In this document: positions 8,526 to 15,987 of the stretch, one piece after another
Layout of the letters: the number at the start of each line of letters is the position of its first letter
Position numbering within the stretch: the stretch's first letter is position 1
From: Verrucomicrobiota bacterium
Lineage (GTDB): Bacteria > Verrucomicrobiota > Verrucomicrobiia > Limisphaerales > UBA11358
Assembly (NCBI GenBank): GCA_050008355.1
Contig: JBEKMT010000001.1
Coordinates: 72 to 64,071 of the forward strand
Reading direction: 5' to 3'
DNA length: 64,000 nucleotides
Translations under genes and position numbers: made by a program
Notes under the pieces: model-generated
The model's input: the letters and a program-made list of their open reading frames with translations, nothing else
What the model was told of the DNA's origin: nothing
The model's database searches: none

Positions 8526-11500
8526 TTAGCGCCGTTTTTTCAAGGAGAGCGCGGCTTCCTCGAGCCACTTGCCGTCCGGCTGGGCATAAGGGCGGAAGGT
8601 TTCGAGATGGCCTTCGCGATCGTTGTAATAGAGCGCACGGTGCAGGCCGAGGGCCGAGCCATTGGGCGCGTCAATCAAGCTGGCGGAGTCGGTGGCACTC
8701 ATCTGGAAGACGACGCGCATCTCAAACTCCGTGAGCATCTTCCGGCCGAGGAACCGGCTGACATTATTGTAAGTGTCGCAAGTGATAATGACATGCATGC
8801 CGCGCGCCGGGCCCTCGGTGATGAGTTTCAAGAGGATGGCGGCGGGGCTGGCGGAGCCGCCGGTGTCGCTGCTCGAAAAGCTGAACTCGTCTTCCTGCCG
8901 GAGCTTCTTGAAATTCTGCAGGCTGTGAACCAGGAGAAAAATCTCCATGCCAGAGGATTCGTTCTCGGTGCGCTGGTTTAACTCTTCCGCCAGGCCGTTC
9001 ATGACGTCCGCCAGACCGGCATTGCCGGCCTGAACCGTTTCATGCGGCACGGAACTGATGACGCGGCGCAAAAATTCGCGAGGGGGAGATCCGGCGGGAG
9101 CGTTGTCGAGCACCACAAACCGGACGCCGGTTTTGGGAAACTGGGAAGCGAGGGAAATCATGGCGACGGACAAAATTGTCAAAGTGCGTTCGTCACTCTG
9201 TCCGACCACAAGCAGATTGCCGCCACTCTGCCGACGGAAGACGGCTTCGGTGGGGCCTTTGATGGAATTGGGTGCACCCAGCCAGGCGCCAACCCGGGCG
9301 GGTGGGGAGACGCTGGTTTCCCTGAGACCGGCGAGCAAAGCATAATTTTCCGACACATCCGCGGGCGCGTTGCCTTCGAATACAATCGGCCCGGGATAAT
9401 CCGGGCCAGCCTGATCGGCGTGCTCCCGGATTTTTGCAAGATAAACGTCCCGCTCCCGGTCGGAGAGCCATACTGCTTGAAAAGGACTGTTGCCCTCGAT
9501 GGCACCGGCGGCGTCATTGTAAATTCCCTCGCCGGGGCGCGAGAGGAGGCGGGGCGCAGGGTTATCCTGATCCATGATGAGGAGGGCGTCGGCTTCGTTG
9601 CATTGAAGCGCGATGCGAATGACCATTTGACCGATGGTGGCCCGGGCGAGAGTGTAAGCGCCGCCCAGTGTCTGGGAGCCGAGCAAGACATGGATGCCGA
9701 AGGCGCGGCCCTGGCGGACAATGCGATCCAGGAGCACGGCGGCTCCCTGTGAAATGTGATCTTCTTCGGTGAAAAACTCCTGGAACTCATCAATCATTAA
9801 CAAGGTGCGGGGAACGGATCCGCCAGCGCGGCGGTAGCCGGCCAAGTCCTGAGCGCCCACTTTGCGGAACAAATCACCGCGGCGACGCAGTTCTTCGTCG
9901 ACCCGCTGGAGAACGCTCAAACCGAATTCGCGATCACTCTCAATGGCAACGACCCGGGCATGCGGGAGGCGGCGGCTGGCGTAACATTTGAACTCGACGC
10001 CCTTTTTGAAATCCACCAGATAAAATTCAACCTGATCCGGGCTGCACCGGAGCGCCAGGTTGGTGATCATGACATGGAACAAGGTGGATTTTCCCGAACC
10101 GGTTTTACCGGCGATCAAAACGTGCTGGCGGGTACCGCTTCCGATCTCAAGATATTGCGATTTGGTGGCACCGGAACGGCCGATGGGAACGCGCAACAAT
10201 TCGGTGGTTTCATCCTTCCAGATTTCCGATTCCGGCGGCGCAATCTGTGAGAACGGCACCTCGACCCGATTGGCGTTCTTGCTGCTCTGGCCGATGCGTT
10301 GAAGGAACCCGGTGGCGAATTCCGGGGGGGGTGGCGGATCCAGGAGCAAATGGATGCCGGGAGCCCGCCAGCCGGACAACTCATAACCGCGGCCGTTATG
10401 AACCAGGCAAGTGCTGTTTTGACGCAGCTCATCGGGAACAAAATCGGTCGGTGTGGCATTGCGCTGATCCCAATGCACGAGCAAGTGGACACCGCAACGG
10501 GCACCACTCGCGGCGATGTTGCGCAACCGGCGCGCGGCGTTGTCGTTGAAGTTCACCGGGAAAGAGGCGATGACGAGGAAATGATATTTTTCCGCGACAC
10601 TGCCAGCCTCGGCGTTGTAATCGGCGATGGTGGCATATTCGTTGCGGAGATACATCTGGATGATCTTCTCCATGTGCTCATTCAGCTCGGCCAGCTTTTC
10701 CTCGAACTGCGCGGTTTGCGTCCAAATGCGGCTGTTGATGCAACCCTCCTCGTAATCGGCGAGATGCATGAGGGTGGCGAAATTCTGCCCCAGCCCGACC
10801 GGGTCAAAGATGGTGAAACTCAAACGGCCGGGCGGCGAAGAGGACAGCAGGCGGAATATAATATTGTTGATCACACCGAAAGCTTCGTCGCCACTGGTCT
10901 TACCGCTTTCGAACAGAATGGATCCTTGCAACGGGCAAACCAACGAGAGCGGAAGGGAAAGGGTTGCCGGACCGGGCCAAGCCAGGCGTTTATCCTTCGG
11001 CATCACCTCCACAAATTTTTCCACGGCCACCTCGAGGCACCCAAATTTCACGGTGTTCTGAAAATTCGCCGGCGGGGTCCACTTTTCCCAGTCGGCGGCG
11101 CTCCAGGCTGGAAAGAGCTTCTTCGCCGTGACAATGGCGGCCTCGAGCTGATCGCACAACGATTGGATCCCGCGGTTCCAATCCGCCACCAGTTCCCGCC
11201 AGCGGAGTTGATTTTTCCCGCCGAGCTCCGCTATGCGCGCGTCGTGGGCCTGAGTGACCTGCTGGACGCGGGCGAAGTCCGCCCTTTTCAATTCCGCGAG
11301 GACGGCGGCCTGATGCCGCTCAAGGCGTTCCTGTTCGCGGTGGTGCCACCGCTCCAATTTACCTTCCAGGCGGGCAACTTTTTCGGCAATGGTCGCCGGC
11401 CACATTTCACGTTGATAATTAATATCCCGAACGGCCTGCCGCCATTCCTGATTGACCGAATGTTTGTTGTTTTCGAATTGCGCCTTGATCCGTTCCTGTT

Positions 11501-12404
11501 CCTGCTGGTAATGCACCTCGGATTTTTCGCGACCGGCAGCGATCAAGCGTCCGGCGAGGGCAATATGGCCGGCGATGGAGCGAGCCAGCGGAGCCGCGCT
11601 GCGACCACCGAGCCAGTGGACCACGGTGAGCAACACCAACAGGATTACGGCGGTAGCGGCTTCAAAATGGGAAATGTCGTTCCGGCCAAAATGAACCAGG
11701 ACCGGGTCCGCCGCCGCCACGCCCAGCAACAATATCCCGATCAGCCAGACGGGGAGGAATTTGAAAATGACGGGGAACAAAAACTTTTTGAAGCTGGTCA
11801 GCTCCTCGTTGATTTTTGACTGGAGGCCGCGGAATTCATCATAGAGACCATTGTGATTTGCGGAGAGGTCCGGCTCAGGCCACGCACGTCCGGGAGCGAG
11901 GAGCCGCCGGAACCGGCCATAGCCGCGGAATGCACGGCGCGCTGCTTCCTTCAATTGCGCCAAACTGACTTCCGCCGCATCCAGATTTTGCTGGAAATTT
12001 TCGCGATCGCCGGCGGCCTGGGCGAGGCCTTTTTCCTGCTGCTGCTCCAATTCCACCGCCACCTGCCGGGTGCGCTCGCTCCACCGGCGGTCGTGATCGC
12101 TGATTTCGGTGAGTCCTCGTTCGCTCAGACGGGCATGAGCGCGGCTGATCCGGTCCCGGCGTTTTGCGAAACGGGTCTGCAGTTGTTCTTTTTCAGTTTC
12201 CAGTATGGCTTCCGCGTTCGTCAGTTGCACGGAGGCCAGGGATTCCTGCTGTTCGTTCCGGGCAGCAAATTCATTGTCTGCGGCAGCGGTCTGAACGCGA
12301 AACTCGCCATTCAATTTCTCTTCGCGCGCGACGAAATCCCGGACGGTATTCTTCAACGTCTCCAGCAATGCAAGCATTTCCCTGACCCCTGGCTGGCTAT
12401 TCAC
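8526..12404 (-). CDS. FtsK/SpoIIIE-family membrane ATPase, EssC/EccC-like (type VII-like secretion ATPase)
   Basis: The protein is 1292 aa. Residues 1-205 are heptad-rich and charged (coiled-coil-like). Two hydrophobic segments follow (FLFPVIFKFLPVWLIGILLLGVAAA, AATAVILLVLLTVVHWLGG), then a second coiled-coil stretch. Three FtsK-like modules come last. Module 2 has canonical Walker A AGKTGSGKST (nt ~10083-10109), Walker B LLMIDEF (nt ~9783-9803) and RQGRAFGIHVLLGSQ. Modules 1 and 3 keep the fold signatures (ARCGVHLLV, ARGMHVIIT) but have degenerate Walker motifs. The track start at 12404 is GTG; an in-frame ATG lies at 12377. Confidence 0.85.
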   Translation of the reverse strand: MNSQPGVREMLALLETLKNTVRDFVAREEKLNGEFRVQTAAADNEFAARNEQQESLASVQLTNAEAILETEKEQLQTRFAKRRDRISRAHARLSERGLTEISDHDRRWSERTRQVAVELEQQQEKGLAQAAGDRENFQQNLDAAEVSLAQLKEAARRAFRGYGRFRRLLAPGRAWPEPDLSANHNGLYDEFRGLQSKINEELTSFKKFLFPVIFKFLPVWLIGILLLGVAAADPVLVHFGRNDISHFEAATAVILLVLLTVVHWLGGRSAAPLARSIAGHIALAGRLIAAGREKSEVHYQQEQERIKAQFENNKHSVNQEWRQAVRDINYQREMWPATIAEKVARLEGKLERWHHREQERLERHQAAVLAELKRADFARVQQVTQAHDARIAELGGKNQLRWRELVADWNRGIQSLCDQLEAAIVTAKKLFPAWSAADWEKWTPPANFQNTVKFGCLEVAVEKFVEVMPKDKRLAWPGPATLSLPLSLVCPLQGSILFESGKTSGDEAFGVINNIIFRLLSSSPPGRLSFTIFDPVGLGQNFATLMHLADYEEGCINSRIWTQTAQFEEKLAELNEHMEKIIQMYLRNEYATIADYNAEAGSVAEKYHFLVIASFPVNFNDNAARRLRNIAASGARCGVHLLVHWDQRNATPTDFVPDELRQNSTCLVHNGRGYELSGWRAPGIHLLLDPPPPPEFATGFLQRIGQSSKNANRVEVPFSQIAPPESEIWKDETTELLRVPIGRSGATKSQYLEIGSGTRQHVLIAGKTGSGKSTLFHVMITNLALRCSPDQVEFYLVDFKKGVEFKCYASRRLPHARVVAIESDREFGLSVLQRVDEELRRRGDLFRKVGAQDLAGYRRAGGSVPRTLLMIDEFQEFFTEEDHISQGAAVLLDRIVRQGRAFGIHVLLGSQTLGGAYTLARATIGQMVIRIALQCNEADALLIMDQDNPAPRLLSRPGEGIYNDAAGAIEGNSPFQAVWLSDRERDVYLAKIREHADQAGPDYPGPIVFEGNAPADVSENYALLAGLRETSVSPPARVGAWLGAPNSIKGPTEAVFRRQSGGNLLVVGQSDERTLTILSVAMISLASQFPKTGVRFVVLDNAPAGSPPREFLRRVISSVPHETVQAGNAGLADVMNGLAEELNQRTENESSGMEIFLLVHSLQNFKKLRQEDEFSFSSSDTGGSASPAAILLKLITEGPARGMHVIITCDTYNNVSRFLGRKMLTEFEMRVVFQMSATDSASLIDAPNGSALGLHRALYYNDREGHLETFRPYAQPDGKWLEEAALSLKKRR

Positions 12405-12609
12405 AATCGCTCCTCACCTTTCTCAACAATGCCTCAAGCTTATCCACAATGATGAGTGTACGATCCACGCTGGCAGTGAGCTCCGCCATGTGCCGGCTTT
12501 CGAATTCCCGGCTCTTGGCGTCCTGCCAATGGTTCTTGGTATCCGACCATTTCAGCAAAAGTTCCCGGGTCAACCCGGTCAGGCGGGCTTTGTTGCCATT
12601 CAAATTCAT
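12397..12609 (-). CDS. small helical WXG100-like protein (70 aa, W-Q-D variant)
   Basis: This is the C-terminal 70 codons of track ORF 12397..12981: MNLNGNKARLTGLTRELLLKWSDTKNHWQDAKSREFESRHMAELTASVDRTLIIVDKLEALLRKVRSDCE. Its ATG (12609-12607) overlaps the TGA of the upstream gene (ATGA). Its stop overlaps the ATPase GTG start by 8 nt. The central HWQDxxxxEF resembles the WxGxxxxxF motif of Esx proteins. Confidence 0.55.
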   Translation of the reverse strand: MNLNGNKARLTGLTRELLLKWSDTKNHWQDAKSREFESRHMAELTASVDRTLIIVDKLEALLRKVRSDCE

Positions 12610-13136
12610 CCTGGATTCTCCGTTTCGTCCGTGTGGTTTGCGGGGCCGGGCGAGGCGTGGGCAGGCGTCACATTCCGGTAGGCGGCCAGCGCGTTGAGAA
12701 TCTGGTCGAGATAGGCGACGGCGCGGCCCATGTCCATGACCAGGAACCCCTGCAATTGTTCCACCTGCTTGGTCAACGGAGCGGAGCGGTCCTCCAGATC
12801 GCGGTTCCATTTTTTGATGGCCGCGAGTTTGCCTTCCGCCTCCTGAACCGCGCGTTGCGCGCGTTGCACCGCCATGTAGTGCAGTGACGAGGCTTCCTGC
12901 AGAGAGGATAGTTTGGCGGCAAACAGTTCCTGCCTGGCTTCCTCCAGTTTCCGCTGCCGGCGGCGCAGTTCCAGGTCCCAAAGCCGACGCTGGTCATTTT
13001 GGAGCCAGAGTCTGGTCTGAACCGCCTCATGGCTGATCTCCTCCAGCAGAGGACGGGCCTGGCTCAGATACACAATCAGGCTGGCCCTGAAGGATTCAAT
13101 GGCCTCCACCGAAGTGATCTGGGCTTGTTGCGGCAT
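12606..13136 (-). CDS. hypothetical all-helical protein of the WXG-like cassette (176 aa)
   Basis: The ORF has an ATG start 4 nt after the stop of the 90-aa gene. Its composition is helical and charged (LELRRRQRKLEEARQELFAAKLSSLQEA...). It has Trp-centred motifs (LWLQND, KKWNRDLED) and an acidic/Pro-rich tail. I recognise no family. Confidence 0.6.
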   Translation of the reverse strand: MPQQAQITSVEAIESFRASLIVYLSQARPLLEEISHEAVQTRLWLQNDQRRLWDLELRRRQRKLEEARQELFAAKLSSLQEASSLHYMAVQRAQRAVQEAEGKLAAIKKWNRDLEDRSAPLTKQVEQLQGFLVMDMGRAVAYLDQILNALAAYRNVTPAHASPGPANHTDETENPG

Positions 13137-13140
13137 CGGG

Positions 13141-13413
13141 TCAACGCTGGTTCAGATACTCCTCGATGCGCTGCGCCTTTCGCAAAAGAAACGGGGTGTG
13201 TTCCTTGGAAAGTTCGGTGAATTTTTTCAAGGCTTTGAGCGCCTGCCTGAATTCCTCGGAAAACTTTTCGTGTTCCTGGTCCTGCCAGGTGTCGCCCAGG
13301 GCCATAAAGCGGGCATGCAAAAGAACCATCCGGTTCTCGATATCGGTGTTAAAACGTTGCAGTTCTTCAGCGAAGCGCCGCACCTTTTCCGGATCCATGA
13401 TTGCCTGGGCCAT
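13141..13413 (-). CDS. WXG100-like small helical protein (90 aa, W-Q-D variant)
   Basis: The sequence is MAQAIMDPEKVRRFAEELQRFNTDIENRMVLLHARFMALGDTWQDQEHEKFSEEFRQALKALKKFTELSKEHTPFLLRKAQRIEEYLNQR. Length, predicted helix-turn-helix layout and the central TWQDQEHEKFSEEF mirror the W-x-G-x-x-x-x-x-F-x-x-x-F core of EsxA-type proteins, with G replaced by D. Confidence 0.65.
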   Translation of the reverse strand: MAQAIMDPEKVRRFAEELQRFNTDIENRMVLLHARFMALGDTWQDQEHEKFSEEFRQALKALKKFTELSKEHTPFLLRKAQRIEEYLNQR

Positions 13414-13815
13414 AATACTTTTTTATCGGCAGGGTCTTGATCTCGACAGTAGACTGACCGTTTACCGGGTGGTTTTGGCGCTCACTGACCGCCACCGCCC
13501 AACCAAAACACTGCGATTTTGTTCCATTGTTCGATCAGTTGCTCGCCGCAAGATGCTTCATCCGGCCAACGTTCGCAAACAGTTCTATCGCAATTCCGCA
13601 TGCCGGTTCCAGCCAAATTGTTCCGGACCCAACCCGATGTTGCCGCGGAAACATTCGCGCGGAGCGAACTGTTGCAGGAGCATCTCGTTGGCCCGGCAGC
13701 CTCGCGTGGCCACATGAGTCATCACTGGAAAAATCCTCGATTTGAAAACCGGGGTGGCATCAGCTATTCTAGCTGAACAATTGGCCCATACCGCCAGCGC
13801 CTGAAAGATTTGTCC

Positions 13816-14448
13816 ATGAAGCAACTCAATAAGCCAGCCAGCCGAATTGCCATTGCCCTGCTCTGCCTCGGGTTCACCGGCTGCCAAACACACAAAACCA
13901 TCGCGCCCCTGGGCGGCGGTTATGAGGAAATCAACCATCCTGTGCACAGTTTGCTCCCCGACTCCACGCCTTCGCGCACGTCGCTTGAATACAAGGATCC
14001 CGACGGGAAGACCATCACGGTATGGCCATCCCTGTATTGCTTCAACGAAGTGGTGAAAGGCGACCTGGCGATTTTTGTTGCGGAAAAAGCTTACCTGAAT
14101 GACGGCGACCGGGGCGTTCATCCCCGGCTCTTCGCGGTGAGGTCACCAGCCATACCACTGGACATCACGGACGAAGTCTTGTGGCGGTGGTCGAAGGCGA
14201 ACGGGAAGGACCTGAATAAAACCTTTAACCGGTTCAACGTCGCGACACCGAAGGAACAAAACGGTGAGTTGGAGGTGCATCTGGAATTCTGGCAGGGAAG
14301 CTATATGACGGACGAGGACTGGCCTGACACGGGTGATATACAACTGGACTGGCAACAAGTCTCGGAAATCATGCAGGCGGTTGAAAAGAAGGGTGTATTG
14401 CAAAAAGATTTGCGGTGGAACACCTCGTATATCGGGGAAAAATTCTAA
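13816..14448 (+). CDS. hypothetical lipoprotein
   Basis: The ATG at 13816 is in frame with the track's TTG at 13810. The signal peptide carries a lipobox: MKQLNKPASRIAIALLCLGFTG|C. I recognise no family. Confidence 0.65.
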   Translation: MKQLNKPASRIAIALLCLGFTGCQTHKTIAPLGGGYEEINHPVHSLLPDSTPSRTSLEYKDPDGKTITVWPSLYCFNEVVKGDLAIFVAEKAYLNDGDRGVHPRLFAVRSPAIPLDITDEVLWRWSKANGKDLNKTFNRFNVATPKEQNGELEVHLEFWQGSYMTDEDWPDTGDIQLDWQQVSEIMQAVEKKGVLQKDLRWNTSYIGEKF

Positions 14449-14641
14449 CCATTAGATGCAACGGGCTGCCTCGATCCGTGACCCAGCCGGCGAAAGCAGG
14501 CGTGAGAATCAGTAGCATCTCCGACGGTTTGGCCGTTGATGCTGAGGCTCCGTCGCCCAAAGTCACAAAACTGTAACCTGTTCGCCATTTGATCGAAACC
14601 TGCAGGCGTGAACGTTTTAAACTGATAATAATCATCAATAT

Positions 14642-15352
14642 ATGAAACGCATTTGCTTGAATTCCAATTCCGGTCGGGCATCGATTTTGATTTCGCTTTT
14701 CCTGGCCGTCGCGCCGCTGCGCGCTGCTGAAAGCGCGTTAAACTATCTCCCGCCGGACGAGCCGCAGGCAGTGGATTTGCTGGCGCCGCCGCCGCTGCCG
14801 GATTCCGCAGAGCAAGCTGCGGATTTGGCCGAGGTTGAGGCCGTTGATCACGCCGCCCCGGTTGATGAAAAGAATGCGGCGCTTTCCGAGAGGAAATTCA
14901 ACATCTTCAATTTCACTCCGGCGATCGGTGATTTCTTTCAATCTGACAACCTGCCCAAAACCAAAGCGTTTTTTCACCGGGTACAGAACGATGCCGAAAG
15001 CGTGGTGGACAATGCCAAGAATTTTTACAAGCGCCCTCGCCCATATGTAATTGATCCCAGCCTCGCAGTCGGAAAGCTGGAAACCAGTTACAGTTATCCC
15101 AGCGGCCATTCCACGGAAACCATGACGCTCGGCCTGGTATTGGCCGAGGTGTTTCCCGACAAGCACGACGCCATCCTGGCGCATGCCCGTTTGATGGGCT
15201 GGCATCGGGTAGAGATTGGGCGGCATTATCCGACGGACATTTACGCCGGGCGCGTGCTCGCCCAGGCCATTGTCCGTGAGATGAACGCGAATGCCGATTT
15301 TCGGCGCGACCTGGCTGAAGTCAAAGCTGAAGTGACCGCGGCACAGAAATAA
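14642..15352 (+). CDS. PAP2-family (class A) acid phosphatase, secreted
   Basis: The protein has a signal peptide plus the PAP2 motifs KRPRP, YPSGHS and HRVEIGRHYPTD. Confidence 0.85.
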   Translation: MKRICLNSNSGRASILISLFLAVAPLRAAESALNYLPPDEPQAVDLLAPPPLPDSAEQAADLAEVEAVDHAAPVDEKNAALSERKFNIFNFTPAIGDFFQSDNLPKTKAFFHRVQNDAESVVDNAKNFYKRPRPYVIDPSLAVGKLETSYSYPSGHSTETMTLGLVLAEVFPDKHDAILAHARLMGWHRVEIGRHYPTDIYAGRVLAQAIVREMNANADFRRDLAEVKAEVTAAQK

Positions 15353-15367
15353 AGGGCCCGACGAAAA

Positions 15368-15910
15368 TTATATTTCCGCCGACGCGGGCTTTTCCGCCCA
15401 ACGCGCGAAGAGCCAGAGCAGATCGGACAACCGGTTCAGGAAAATCAGAATCAGGGAGTTTGGCAATTCACCGGCCGACTGCAAATCGCACACCCGCCGT
15501 TCGGCGCGGCGGCAAGTTGTGCGGGCCACATCCAGCGTAGCGGATCCCAAGTTGGCACCCGGGGTCGCCCAGCCGTTGAAACTGATGTTCTGCGCCTCGA
15601 TTTCCTGCACGAGCTTTTCCAATTTTGCCACCTGCTCCGGCGCGACCAGCGGGTAACCTTGTTTGAGGTAACGCGGCAAGTCCTCAGGAAGCACGCCCAC
15701 TTCACCCATCACATCCACCAGACTTTTCTGAATCCAGAACAGATTTTCCCGCACGAACTCCTGCGGTACGGTCGCTCGCGCCAGCCCAAGAGCGGCGTTC
15801 AGTTCATCCAGTGCCCCGCATGCCTCGACGCGGGGATGATTCTTCGGCACGCGTCGACCAAACATCAGACCCGTCAGCCCGGCGTCCCCGGTTTTGGTAA
15901 CAATGCTCAT
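15368..15910 (-). CDS. ATP:cob(I)alamin adenosyltransferase, PduO type
   Basis: The N-terminus TKTGDAGLTGLMFGRRVPKNHPRVEACGALDELNAALG is the typical PduO/MMAB-type signature. Confidence 0.85.
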   Translation of the reverse strand: MSIVTKTGDAGLTGLMFGRRVPKNHPRVEACGALDELNAALGLARATVPQEFVRENLFWIQKSLVDVMGEVGVLPEDLPRYLKQGYPLVAPEQVAKLEKLVQEIEAQNISFNGWATPGANLGSATLDVARTTCRRAERRVCDLQSAGELPNSLILIFLNRLSDLLWLFARWAEKPASAEI

Positions 15911-15987
15911 TCAAATTTATTGCCGCAAAATGTCATCCGCCAGGGCGGTCGGACACTTGGCCGCCGGAAGATTTGCGGCAGGAACCA

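Noticed and set aside
8526-12404. Alternative reading of the 1292-aa protein as the chromosome-segregation translocase FtsK, or as a conjugative DNA pump of a mobile element.
   Set aside because: It has no FtsK-type 4-5 TM N-terminus and no recognisable C-terminal gamma (winged-helix) domain. It has three tandem P-loop modules rather than one. No relaxase, integrase, repeats or tRNA-boundary features lie nearby. The upstream genes are WXG-like small proteins. The DNA-pump reading cannot be fully excluded without phylogeny.
12610-12981. The N-terminal 124 codons of track ORF 12397..12981 (194 aa).
   Set aside because: This part overlaps the 176-aa gene out of frame and is Gly/Arg/Pro-rich (GGRQTRGHQKMEPRSGGPLRS...). 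Only the last 70 codons, starting at the ATGA junction at 12609, look like a real helical protein.
13519-14121. ORFs in or overlapping the leader region and opposite the lipoprotein gene (13519..13776 +, 13527..13745 +, 13585..14121 -).
   Set aside because: Their translations are Cys/Arg/Ser-rich with no motifs. The 178-aa minus ORF is mostly antisense to the lipoprotein gene, which has a clear signal peptide and lipobox.
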